The notes below the pieces were generated by a model, which worked only from the letters and a program-made list of their open reading frames with translations, was not told where the DNA came from and did not search any database. From NCBI GenBank assembly GCA_030740155.1, contig JASLXV010000008.1:42474-106473 (forward strand): 64,000 nucleotides of DNA. Direction: 5' to 3'. Below, piece by piece: positions 9,624 through 19,141 of the stretch (its first letter is position 1; each line of letters begins with the position of its first letter). Source of the DNA: Dehalococcoidia bacterium. Lineage in GTDB: Bacteria; Chloroflexota; Dehalococcoidia; Lucifugimonadales; UBA3495. A program made the translations under genes and the position numbers.

Positions 9624-11027
9624 CTACCCCTCTCGCTCCCGCTCCTCCAGAAACTCGTTGAGCGCCGACCAGTCCTGCCCCAGGCGGACAAGTTCGCGGT
9701 CGTTCGCCGCCACCTGGCCGTAGTGGGAAATCTGAAACGCATCCACAATCCGGCCCACCGGCTCTCTGGGAAGCAATCCCACCAGGGTGTGTTGGTGCTC
9801 TTTCGGGGTTTGCCACTCCAGCCGGGGGTTGCCCATCTTGGCGGTCAGCGCCAGCAGTCCATGGTAGAACTCCCGGGGGTTGCTGGGGTCGGCAATGCCC
9901 TTCGACCGCTTGGCGCCCACCACCGGCAGGCTGCTCCACCATTCGGCCAGCAACGCCGAAAGGTCCCGGTTGGCCCTGCTCCAGCTGAACGTGGATTCAC
10001 GCGTCTCCAAGCCGTCTCCCCCCTGGCTCCGCAACCTCTGGAACCGGAAGATGCGGTACACCAGCCAGCCCGTGAAGGTGGCGGCGGCCGCGAAAGAGGC
10101 CCCTTTTAGGAATATCACCAGCAGGGCGGGCGGCCCTTTATCACCAGCTTCCTCACGCATTTGGGCGTGGAATTCCCGCATCTCCGCCTCTATGCTTTCC
10201 AGTTCGGTCAGGTCGCCGCCGCCGAACCATCCGGAGACCAGGTTGGCCAAGCCCACAAGGAGCCCAGCCAGGTACCCGACGCCCAATATGACTGGACTGA
10301 GCAATAGGAAGCCCACGTTGCCGGCCGTCTTCAGAGCTGTCCTGGTGATGTCGTCCAGACCACCGATCCCCGCCGCGCTGATCAGCAGGGCCAGGACGAT
10401 CACCCCCCCGACGCTGGCTCCGATAGGGATCCACCATGCCGCCGGCATCCCCTGTGAATCCTTGGCCTCCCAGGTAAAGCGGGCCATGGACAGGCCGGCG
10501 AGGCCCACGCCGATAAACCCCACCGCCAAGTAACCGCTTACTACGATGGTCGAGTACAGGCTGCCCAGCATTACCGCGATCAACAGCACGATCAAACCCC
10601 ACTGGAAGGAGGCGCGCACCGTGTCCAGGTTTACTTCATCTTGGGCCATGGTGACCCCCCGCCACCACAGCAGCACCAGGAAGACAAGGCCCATGAACAG
10701 GGCAACGGCAGTGTCTACGTCTCCACCCACGACGTTGCCCCACGACGTGGGCCCCAGACCGGAGTTCAACTGAGATAGAACCAGCAGGGACAGTACGCTG
10801 GCGGTCAGGCCGGCCGCCCCACGCAGGCCGCGCGAGAAGGGAAGGGACTGCACGTAGCCGGACAGCAGGAAAGCCGACAGCAGGGCGGTAAAGACAAGCC
10901 AGAAGGACAGGGCGGCGTCCGTCTCCCCGAGGAGGGCGCTGACGATGGCTATGACCAAATAGAAGGCGCAGGCCTCCAGAAAGATACCTACTCCGGTGAC
11001 AGCGCTAGTCCGCCAGAAGCCGCTCAT
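9624..11027 (-). CDS. Multi-pass membrane protein with C-terminal DUF4129-like domain
   Basis: Many hydrophobic helices; C-terminal REFY..LL...G.PR..WQTPKEH..F...HYG; downstream of MoxR-DUF58. Confidence 0.7.
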   Translation of the reverse strand: MSGFWRTSAVTGVGIFLEACAFYLVIAIVSALLGETDAALSFWLVFTALLSAFLLSGYVQSLPFSRGLRGAAGLTASVLSLLVLSQLNSGLGPTSWGNVVGGDVDTAVALFMGLVFLVLLWWRGVTMAQDEVNLDTVRASFQWGLIVLLIAVMLGSLYSTIVVSGYLAVGFIGVGLAGLSMARFTWEAKDSQGMPAAWWIPIGASVGGVIVLALLISAAGIGGLDDITRTALKTAGNVGFLLLSPVILGVGYLAGLLVGLANLVSGWFGGGDLTELESIEAEMREFHAQMREEAGDKGPPALLVIFLKGASFAAAATFTGWLVYRIFRFQRLRSQGGDGLETRESTFSWSRANRDLSALLAEWWSSLPVVGAKRSKGIADPSNPREFYHGLLALTAKMGNPRLEWQTPKEHQHTLVGLLPREPVGRIVDAFQISHYGQVAANDRELVRLGQDWSALNEFLEEREREG

Positions 11028-12228
11028 TTTCCTCCAACGGATCGAGGACCGGTCCCGCCAGGTAGACAGGGGTATCCGGTAAATTCAACTCGGGCCCACC
11101 GTCGCCGGCGTAGAGCACCAGCACGTGGTAACCTCGCTCCTTCATCGCCGCCACATCTCGAGCCACGGCGCTGGTGATAATGGCGGTTACCAGGACCATC
11201 GTGGCGCCCGGCGGCATCGAGTTCCGTTCGGAGCGGAGCACCCGGGTCAGAGATGTCACCGCGTACGGACCGGCTATCGCCAGCGCCTCCAGCACCATGG
11301 GGAGCTGGGACGCCGACGCCCCCACGGGGACGCTGAGCCATTTACCTGAATAGGTGGCGACGGCGTTACTGATCACCCCGAAACTGAAGCCTTGGCGGGA
11401 GGTATTCTCCGCCGCCGAAGCGGCGACAGTTACCGCCCGCTCGAACAGGCGCCGGTTGGTGCCCTCCCAAGGGTGTTCGCTGGTCGTGGCGTTCAACGCC
11501 ACCATGACGTTGAGGGAAACTATGGGCTCGAACACCTTGGTTTGCAGCCGTGATGTTCGGGCGGTGGCCTTCCAGTCGATGTGCTTCATCGGGTCGGTGG
11601 GTTGGTACTCGCGTTGACCCATGAATCGCGTGGTGTCCCGGTGCAGCGGGCGCCGCCCGGGGCCGGCGCCCAGCGGGTGCTGAGCGGGGAGCGGCAGTTG
11701 TCCCAGGTCCACGAGGCGCGGGTATACCAGCAGGTGCTCCATTTCGGTGAGCTTGGTCTCCGCGGCGTTGAACCCAAAAATGTCACCGCTGCGCAGGCGC
11801 ACCGGGCCGATGCGGTGATACCCCCGGGCCGTGCATTGCAGGGAGTAGGTCCAGGTGACCCGTTGAAAAGGGAGCAGCGAAGTGGTGATGCCGTGCTGCC
11901 GGGTCCCCTCCATGTTGCTGGCGCGAAGATTGGCTCCCGGCAGTTCGAGACCCTCGGGAAAGTTGTCCTGGATATCCACCCAAATGAGCGGTAGCAATTT
12001 GTCGTTGGAGAGGGTGACGGAGTACTCCAGGGTGTCGCCGATGAAGGCCCGGCGCCGGGATAGGGAACGGGTGTGACTCACCCTCCGGAACGCATAGCGC
12101 CCCCATACCCGGGTCGCCAGCCAGATGATGATGACCAGGGAACCGACCACCAGCAACAGGCCCTGGCTGGCAACCAGGCCGAAGAATATCAGAAGGGCGC
12201 TGATCAACAGCCATAGATCGTTTTGCAT
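11005..12228 (-). CDS. DUF58 domain protein
   Basis: RGYHRIGP, DIFG, LVYP, REYQPTDPMKHIDWKATAR. Confidence 0.9.
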   Translation of the reverse strand: MQNDLWLLISALLIFFGLVASQGLLLVVGSLVIIIWLATRVWGRYAFRRVSHTRSLSRRRAFIGDTLEYSVTLSNDKLLPLIWVDIQDNFPEGLELPGANLRASNMEGTRQHGITTSLLPFQRVTWTYSLQCTARGYHRIGPVRLRSGDIFGFNAAETKLTEMEHLLVYPRLVDLGQLPLPAQHPLGAGPGRRPLHRDTTRFMGQREYQPTDPMKHIDWKATARTSRLQTKVFEPIVSLNVMVALNATTSEHPWEGTNRRLFERAVTVAASAAENTSRQGFSFGVISNAVATYSGKWLSVPVGASASQLPMVLEALAIAGPYAVTSLTRVLRSERNSMPPGATMVLVTAIITSAVARDVAAMKERGYHVLVLYAGDGGPELNLPDTPVYLAGPVLDPLEENERLLAD

Positions 12229-12247
12229 CGGGAAACCGCCGGCCTAA

Positions 12248-12469
12248 TTATTCCGCCGAATTCGGGCTGTCATCCGGCCGCCACGGAGAATCAACGCTGG
12301 AACGATTTGGGGCCGCACTCCCGCCGGCCGCCGAACCCCCACCGGCGCCAGCCGCCGCACCGGCCGCCAGACTCATCCATGGCTTCGTTCGAAGGTGATA
12401 GAGGTCCACCGTTGTCCATTCCGGAAAAGGTGGACTGATGGCGATTCGGTCGTTGGAAGAGATTGCCAA
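12248..12469 (-). CDS. Putative 73-aa small protein
   Basis: AGGAGG RBS just upstream of a TTG start; fills the MoxR-DUF58 gap on the same strand; no recognisable family. Confidence 0.35.
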   Translation of the reverse strand: MAISSNDRIAISPPFPEWTTVDLYHLRTKPWMSLAAGAAAGAGGGSAAGGSAAPNRSSVDSPWRPDDSPNSAE

Positions 12470-12590
12470 TGTGCCTCCTGAGAAAGAGTGCATGTCTCGG
12501 TAGCTGGAAGTTCCCTCAGGAATTGCCGGGCTGGTTTCCAGCGCTGGTTTTCGGGTGACGGCCCTCGTCGTCTCCGTCGTGCAGATGTCC

Positions 12591-13529
12591 TCAGACGGGC
12601 ACCGCAAGCCGTTCAAGAAGCTCGTGGATGACGCTCTCCCGGGTGCGTTCCCGCAGGCGGGCCTGGGACTTGAGAATCATGCGGTGGGACAGCGCGTGGG
12701 GGGCCAGGCGCTTCACGTCGTCGGGGGATACATAGGCTCGCCCCTGGATCGCCGCCAGCGCCTGGCTGCACCGGTAAAGGCCCAAGCTGGCCCGGGGGCT
12801 GGCCCCCAGCTCCACGTCCGGATGCTGCCGCGTCGCTTGGACCAACTGGACCAGATAGTTTCGCAGTACCGGATCGAAGTGCACCTCCCTAACCTCGGAC
12901 TGGAAGCTGAGGATCTGGTCGGCGAGCGCCACCGGTTGGAGGCCGGCCAGCGGGTCCGCCGATTGGAAGCGCGACAGCATCTCCTCTTCTTCTGACTCCT
13001 CCGGGTAGCCCAGCTGTAACCGGAGCAGGAACCGGTCGAGTTGGGCTTCCGGCAGCGGAAAGGTGCCCTCCAGCTCGATGGGGTTCTGGGTGGCGATGAC
13101 CAGAAACGGGGCTGGGAGCGGAATGGTGGCGGTGTCGACGGTCAACTGGCGCTCCGCCATGGCTTCCAGGAGGGCCGACTGGGTCCGGGGAGTGGCCCGG
13201 TTGATCTCGTCGGCCAGCACAACCTGGGCGACGACCGGGCCAGGCCGGAACTCGAACTCGCCGGTCTTCTGGTTAAAGTAGTGGATACCGGTTATATCCG
13301 AAGGCATCAAATCCGGGGTGAATTGGATCCGTTTGAAACTACAGTTTATCGAGTCGGCCAGGGAACGGGCCAGGGTCGTCTTGCCGATGCCGGGAACATC
13401 TTCGATGAGAATGTGGCCGTTGCTGAGGATGGCCGCCAGGCACAGGTCGATGACCTCCCCTTTGCCCACCAACACCTTCTCGACGTTGGCTCGAATCCTG
13501 CCGGCAATTTCCGCGACTGTCTCGGTCAT
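12591..13529 (-). CDS. MoxR-family AAA+ ATPase
   Basis: HILIEDVPGIGKT, RIQFTPDLMPSD, LADEINRATPRTQSALLEAM, ATQNPIE, LPEAQLDRF. Confidence 0.95.
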   Translation of the reverse strand: MTETVAEIAGRIRANVEKVLVGKGEVIDLCLAAILSNGHILIEDVPGIGKTTLARSLADSINCSFKRIQFTPDLMPSDITGIHYFNQKTGEFEFRPGPVVAQVVLADEINRATPRTQSALLEAMAERQLTVDTATIPLPAPFLVIATQNPIELEGTFPLPEAQLDRFLLRLQLGYPEESEEEEMLSRFQSADPLAGLQPVALADQILSFQSEVREVHFDPVLRNYLVQLVQATRQHPDVELGASPRASLGLYRCSQALAAIQGRAYVSPDDVKRLAPHALSHRMILKSQARLRERTRESVIHELLERLAVPV

Positions 13530-13581
13530 CTATTCACATCAACCCCTGTGGAGGTTCCTTCGGGCTGCCGCTGTCCGGTTG

Positions 13582-14301
13582 TCATGAGGTCGCCCCGGCA
13601 TCCCGGACGGCCAGGTACTCTTCGGCGTCTCGAAGGTCTTTGAAGGAATCTACACTTCGCCAAAAGAATTGGGTCTTAAGCGCCGCGATCTGGCCGGCGC
13701 TGGCCAGTCTGGGGAAGGTTCCGGTCTCGTGATCTCCCGTTTCGGGTAACTCGCTGGCGATTTCACGGTCCAAAATGTAGATGCCGGCGTTGATCCAGTA
13801 GGGCATCTCCACCTTCTCCCGGAACCCTACCACGCCGTCCTGGCCGCCCAGGTCCACCAAGCCGTAGGGGCTGACCATGGGGACCACCATGATGGTCGCG
13901 AGGTGAGATGGATTGGCCGCCTTCTTCTCCAGATGCCGGTCCAACAGAGCCTCGAGGCGCTCCTCGGTGATGATGTCACCGTTGAGCACCGCCACCGTGC
14001 TTTCCGCCTCGGGCACCAGCGGTAACCCCTTGCGGATGGCCCCGCCGCGGCCCAACGGGGTCTCTTCGACGCTGTAGTGGGCGCGGATTCCGAACCGCTG
14101 CCCATCGCCGAAGTGGTCCCAGATGGACTCCCAGCGGTAGCCCGCCAGGAAAACCACGTCGGTCACGCCGGCCTCCTTGAGCCACTCCACCTGGTGGGCC
14201 AGGATAGGCTTGCCGCGGAGGGGCGCCATCGGCTTGGGAAGGGTATCGGTCAACGGCCGGAGCCTTTCTCCCTTGCCGCCGGCCAGGATCAACGCGTACA
14301 T
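13582..14301 (-). CDS. Sugar-phosphate nucleotidyltransferase (NTP_transferase family)
   Basis: ALILAGGKGERLRPLT..LPKPM, EETPLGRGG, LNGD, INAGIY. Confidence 0.9.
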   Translation of the reverse strand: MYALILAGGKGERLRPLTDTLPKPMAPLRGKPILAHQVEWLKEAGVTDVVFLAGYRWESIWDHFGDGQRFGIRAHYSVEETPLGRGGAIRKGLPLVPEAESTVAVLNGDIITEERLEALLDRHLEKKAANPSHLATIMVVPMVSPYGLVDLGGQDGVVGFREKVEMPYWINAGIYILDREIASELPETGDHETGTFPRLASAGQIAALKTQFFWRSVDSFKDLRDAEEYLAVRDAGATS

Positions 14302-14694
14302 ATGGGACGGCCTCGCACCTAAACTTGGCAGCTTCCTGCCCATTCCCGGATGCAGAATAATATAACCGCCGCCGGGAGGGTTGGTCAACGGAACCCGGCG
14401 TTCGGCCGGCCGGGGGACGGGTGGGGCGGAGCTTCAGGAACCATCGAGTACGCATTGCATCAAACCCCACGACATGGCGGACGAAGGATTGGCGGGCTGG
14501 GATAACCCGTGGCGGAAGTCATGCTCCCGTTCCAGCTCTCCCTTCGCCCGCAGACCGGTCTATACTTGTGACTAGATGGCGCTGGACTCTGTCCGCTTCC
14601 CTCACCGGCCGAGAGCCCCATCGCAGCGCTATAATTACCCGTCATTTTCCCTCGCGAGTTTTGCCAAACGCTGACCCGCACTAAGGAGGAACTC

Positions 14695-15537
14695 ATGAAG
14701 TTTGGCGCATACATGTTCTCAACTGATTACTCCATCCGGCCCGATGACCTGGCGCGCCTTCTGGAAGAGAGAGGGTTCGAGTCCATGTGGGTGCCGGAGC
14801 ACACTCACATCCCGGCGGCCCGGCAAACGCCCTTTCCCGGTGGCGGCGATCTGCCGGAGATGTACTGGCACACCTACGATCCCTTTGTGGCGCTGACCGC
14901 CGCGGCTGCCGCCACCACCAGCTTGAAGCTGGGAACGGGCATCTGCTTGATGATCCAGCGGGACCCAATCGTTACCGCCAAGGAAGTCGCCAGCCTTGAC
15001 CGGCTCTCGGGAGGGCGCTTCATCTTCGGTATCGGCGGCGGCTGGAACGCCGAGGAGATGGGCCACCATGGCACAAGATTCAGGAGCCGCTGGCGGCTGC
15101 TGCGGGAACGGATTCTGGCCATGAAAGAGATATGGACCAAGGACGAGCCGGAGTTTCATGGGGAGTTCGTCAACTTCGACAAGATCTGGTCCTACCCCAA
15201 GCCGGTGCAGCAACCTCATCCTCCCATCATCATGGGAGGTGACGGCGCCACCACCTTCGACCGGGTCGTGGAGTTCGGCGACGGCTGGATGCCCCTCGGA
15301 GGCAGGGGTTCGCAAGGCCCCAGTCTGGCCGAGAAGATTTCCAAGCTCAAGCGGCAGGCCGAGGAGGCGGGCCGCGACCCGGCGTCCATCTCAATAAGCA
15401 CCTTCGGTACCCGGCCGGACCCGGACGTGATCCAAGGGATGGAAGCGGCCGGCGTGGACCGGGTGATTTTTTCTCTGCCGTCGCGAGAGCGCGAGGCCGT
15501 GCTCTCCATCATCGACCGGTGCGCCAAGTTCATATGA
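14695..15537 (+). CDS. LLM-class F420-dependent oxidoreductase (Rv2161c-like)
   Basis: GFESMWVPEHTHIP, DPFVAL, AKEVASLDRLSGGR, PKPVQQPHPP. Confidence 0.9.
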   Translation: MKFGAYMFSTDYSIRPDDLARLLEERGFESMWVPEHTHIPAARQTPFPGGGDLPEMYWHTYDPFVALTAAAAATTSLKLGTGICLMIQRDPIVTAKEVASLDRLSGGRFIFGIGGGWNAEEMGHHGTRFRSRWRLLRERILAMKEIWTKDEPEFHGEFVNFDKIWSYPKPVQQPHPPIIMGGDGATTFDRVVEFGDGWMPLGGRGSQGPSLAEKISKLKRQAEEAGRDPASISISTFGTRPDPDVIQGMEAAGVDRVIFSLPSREREAVLSIIDRCAKFI

Positions 15538-15765
15538 CCTGAGGCCCCGCCATTTCCAGCATCCGGAGGAACCCGCCGTGTGATCGGTGTTCACATGGTC
15601 TTCTCGAATATTCCGCGCTGTCCTCGGCCGCGGAAAGGCCACTGGTTGCAGGCGTGCTGGCTCTTCGACCCATCGCAGGTTGACACCGGTGAACGCCTGC
15701 CGTTCTCGATCAATGGCTCGATCAGAGGGGAAGCAGGTCTACTGGGCACCAGCGTATCGGGGTAA

Positions 15766-15804
15766 AACAGGAGGCCCAGCCTGACATACCCGCCAGGCTG
15801 GGCC
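15766..15804 (-). terminator. Terminator hairpin downstream of the ThDP enzyme
   Basis: Perfect 11-bp stem GGCCCAGCCTG/CAGGCTGGGCC, followed by TCCTGTTTT on minus strand. Confidence 0.6.
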
Positions 15805-15847
15805 CGCTGCTTTGTTTAGAACCAAACGGACTTCTTCGAAGCCCTCG

Positions 15848-17512
15848 TCAGTAGGTGCGCTGCTGCCTCGACCGGCCGGCCATGTTCCCGTAGGAAACCT
15901 CGGGGTCGATCACCACGTCAATCAGCGCGGCCTTGCCGGAGGCGAAGGCGCGTTTGATGGCGGGACCGATTTCGGCCGGGTCCGTGACCCTCTCGGCGAA
16001 ACCTCCCAGGCCCTCCATGACCTTGGCGTAGTCGGTGTCCTGGGACAGATAGGTGCCGATGGCGCGCCCGCCGCGGCGGAGGACTCCCTGAGTCACCTGG
16101 TTCCAGGCCCCGTTGTTGCCCAGGATCGAGACGACGGGCAGGTTGAACCGGACGAACGTCTCGATGTCGAACCCGGTTAGCCCAAAGGCCCCGTCGCCGT
16201 AGATGATGACGACCTGCTTGCCGGGCCGGGCCAGTTGGGCCGCCATGGCGAAGCCGCTACCGGCCCCCAAGCAGCCGAAGGCGCCCGGGTCCAGCCAGTG
16301 GCCGGCCTGGTTGATCCCCAGCGCCCGGGCGGCGAAGGTTACGAAGTCCCCGCCGTCTCCGATGACCGTGGCGTCGGGCTCCAGAACGTCCCCCAGTTCC
16401 TTCATCACCCGCATGGGGTGGATGGGGCTCTGGTCGCTGTTCAGCAACGGCTCGTCGGCCGCCTTCAGCGCGTGGTCTTCGGTCATGACTTCTTCGACCC
16501 AGGCATTACCCGGCGACTTGTAGCCGGATTTCTTGAGTTCGTCCATTATCTGGCCCAAAATGGCCTTAGAGTCGCCTACCAGGCCGACATCCACGTCCCG
16601 GTTCATTCCTATCTTGCCGGGGTCCATCATGATCTCGATCAGCTTGGGGTTCTGAGGGAACATGTTATCGGACCCGTACCCCAACCTGAAGTCGATGGGA
16701 GTGCCGATGAGGATAACCGTGTCCGACTTGACCAGGCCGTAGCGGCGTCCCAGGCCGCCCAGATTGGGGTGGTCGGAGGGGATGCTGCCGCGACCCATCG
16801 CATTCAGGAACACGGGCGAGCCAATCATCTCAACGAACTCGCGCAGTTCCTCCGAGGCTTCGGACCACCAGATGTCGGAGCCGGCCAGCACCATGGGCCG
16901 CTCCGTCGTCTTGAGGATGTCCACCACCTTCGCGACGTAATCGGGGTCGCCGTAAGCCATCGCCTCGGTCCGGTACCTCTGAGGATACCTGACGCCCGAC
17001 TCCTCAACCTTGCCAATTACGATGTCTCTTGGAATCTCTAGGTAGGAAGGGCCTGGGATACCCGTGGTGGCCATGCGAAAGGCTTCAGCGAGGTACTCCG
17101 GTATCCGCTCGGTCCTCTTCACCTGCTCGGCAAACTTGGTTATCGGCTTCAAGAAAGTGACGCTGTCGAAGTCCTGGAGGCCGCCCTTCAGGTGCTCCTT
17201 GATGTCCGCGTTGCCTCCGATGACAATCATGGGGCTGGGAGCTTGGAAGGCATTGGCGATTCCCGTGACGGCGTCGGTGACGCCGGGGCCCGCGGTGACG
17301 ATGCATACGCCGGGCTTGCCGGTAACCTTGGCCCAGCCTTCCGCGGCGTGGGCTGCCACCTGCTCGTGGCGAACGTCGATGACCTGGATGCCTTCATCGA
17401 CGCAACCTTCGTACAGGTCATAGATGTGCCCGCCGTTCAGAGTGAATACGTACTCGATCCCTTCATGTTTCAGGGCTTTGGCGAAGAGATGTCCGCCGTC
17501 TATTTCTGCCAT
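15848..17512 (-). CDS. ThDP-dependent enzyme (acetolactate synthase-like / 2-hydroxyacyl-CoA lyase-like)
   Basis: DVRHEQ, TAGPGVT, WLDPG.FGCLG, GDGAFG..GNN ThDP motif. Confidence 0.88.
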   Translation of the reverse strand: MAEIDGGHLFAKALKHEGIEYVFTLNGGHIYDLYEGCVDEGIQVIDVRHEQVAAHAAEGWAKVTGKPGVCIVTAGPGVTDAVTGIANAFQAPSPMIVIGGNADIKEHLKGGLQDFDSVTFLKPITKFAEQVKRTERIPEYLAEAFRMATTGIPGPSYLEIPRDIVIGKVEESGVRYPQRYRTEAMAYGDPDYVAKVVDILKTTERPMVLAGSDIWWSEASEELREFVEMIGSPVFLNAMGRGSIPSDHPNLGGLGRRYGLVKSDTVILIGTPIDFRLGYGSDNMFPQNPKLIEIMMDPGKIGMNRDVDVGLVGDSKAILGQIMDELKKSGYKSPGNAWVEEVMTEDHALKAADEPLLNSDQSPIHPMRVMKELGDVLEPDATVIGDGGDFVTFAARALGINQAGHWLDPGAFGCLGAGSGFAMAAQLARPGKQVVIIYGDGAFGLTGFDIETFVRFNLPVVSILGNNGAWNQVTQGVLRRGGRAIGTYLSQDTDYAKVMEGLGGFAERVTDPAEIGPAIKRAFASGKAALIDVVIDPEVSYGNMAGRSRQQRTY

Positions 17513-17790
17513 GACGCCTCCCGATGTAAATTTGCGAAACGTGGTACCCCGCGGTTGAAAGGTGGCCTTCGCCGGCGGCGACGCGCCTCCAGCCGGTTGC
17601 CCGGCTACAGCCCGGTGTCGCTACCAGTATTGCCGTCCGAAACTTCCCAGGTGGGGCAGCGAGCCACCGGCGGCCGCTGGCTTCCGGAAAGAGGCACGGT
17701 GCCGCGGGATGCTGGGCCGGGCTCAGGAGCCTCGGCCGGGATTTCCCATATGAGATTCATTGCCCGCGAAGCTATGGTGCGCCGGGGAAA

Positions 17791-17819
17791 ACGTTATCAC
17801 CTACCCCCGATGCTGTCAA
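17791..17819 (-). promoter_or_regulatory. Putative promoter about 280 nt upstream of the ThDP gene
   Basis: TTGACA-N17-TAACGT on minus strand. Confidence 0.4.
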
Positions 17820-17890
17820 ACGCTGGAGGGGCCATCGTCCTATCTGTGTTCTTGACTAGAATTGGGCTCAGGTACGTGTTCTGAACATCC

Positions 17891-18422
17891 CTACGGCGGC
17901 CCAGATTCGGTGGGGTCCCGGACCACGACCATCACCGTGATGTCGTCCGACTGGGAGGCGTGGTCCACGAAAGCGTCGACCTGAGCGATCAAGTCATCCT
18001 GGATTTCCTGAGCCGGGCGTCCCAGGCCGGCGCGAACAATCTCCCGCAGCCGCTCTTCGTCGAAGAACTCCTCGTCGGCGTTTTGCGCCTCGGTGATGCC
18101 GTCAGTGTATAGCAGCAGCACGTCGCCGGGGTCCATCTGAACAACCCGCTGCTCCCAGGCCATGCCGTCGACGATGCCCAGCGGCACGCCGGTGCTATCC
18201 AATTCCCGCACCGTGGTCCCATCTTGGGCACTCAACAGATACGGAGGGTTGTGCCCGGCATTGGAGTAGGTCAACTCTCCCGACGATGGGTCGAGGACCC
18301 CGTAGAACACTGTAACGAACAGGCCGGCGCTCGTGTCTGCCAGGATCCGGTGATTGGCGGCGCCGAGGGCAAGTTCGGGCTGCGTTTCGTATTCCACGGC
18401 GTAGGTGCGGATGAGCGTGCGG
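17891..18422 (-). pseudogene. C-terminal fragment of a SpoIIE/RsbU-type PP2C phosphatase
   Basis: RTLIRTYA, FVTVFYGVLD, YSNAGHNPP, LLYTDGITEA, QSDDIT present; N-terminal motifs and start are missing. Confidence 0.75.
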
Positions 18423-18606
18423 CGAGGGCACGCAGGCCCGCACTGCTGATGTACTCCACCCCGGACATGTCGACGACCAGCTTGTGCTGGCCCGCCGACA
18501 CCGCCGCCTGCAAGGCCTGGTCCAGGTCGGCTGCGGCTTGGGTGTCGACCCGCGCCTCCGGCAAGAACACGATGACATCGCCTTCGACTCGTTGCGTAAT
18601 CTCCAT
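18423..18606 (-). pseudogene. N-terminal fragment of a STAS anti-anti-sigma factor
   Basis: AGGAGG RBS, MEITQRVEGDVIV...LVVDMSGVEYISSAGLRAL, then homology breaks and SpoIIE sequence follows in another frame. Confidence 0.75.
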
Positions 18607-18688
18607 CTGTCCTGCCTCCTGACATTAGGCGGCCAGCCCCCGGTGCCCGGCGCGTGATTGGCAATGGCCACTGGTAGCCGGGAGCGTT

Positions 18689-18930
18689 CTAGAGTTCGGT
18701 CACCAGCCGGGAATCAACCTCCCCGGCGCCGACGACACGCCCGTCGCGCACCTCTTCCACCCGTGGAATCCGGCCGGCAAGTTCACGGTCATGGGTGGCC
18801 ATGACAGTGGTTTTGCCCTGCTGCACCAACGTCTCGAAAAACTCGAAAACCAGGCCCGCCGAGATCGTGTCCAGGCTACCGGTCAGTTCATCGCCGACGA
18901 TCAGGTCCGGGTTGTTGATTAGCGCCCGAA
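18689..18930 (-). pseudogene. C-terminal fragment of an ABC transporter ATPase (LolD/MacB type)
   Basis: RALINNPDLIVGDELTGSLD, MATHD, DGRVV; Walker A and signature motif absent. Confidence 0.75.
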
Positions 18931-19141
18931 GATGGCCACCCGGGTCGGTTGAATAGTGCATCATTCAAGGTCTTCAATCAATAACCCGATGACGGGGCTG
19001 CCAAACGCCTCGGTTCCCCCTTGGCTTGCCCTCGGCGAGGGTTTATGATGACGCCACCCAGCTATAGGCAAACGGATGTCGTGGAGCATGGGGGACAATG
19101 GGGCGCGTTCGGGGCTAGAAGGCCCCCAAAGGAGAACGACG

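Noticed and set aside
17513..17790. TPP riboswitch in the ThDP enzyme leader
   Set aside because: No CTGAGA or other core TPP motif arrangement found.
18931..18955. Duplicated tRNA 3' end marking an islet next to tRNA-Gln
   Set aside because: Only a vague resemblance; does not match the tRNA-Gln 3' sequence.
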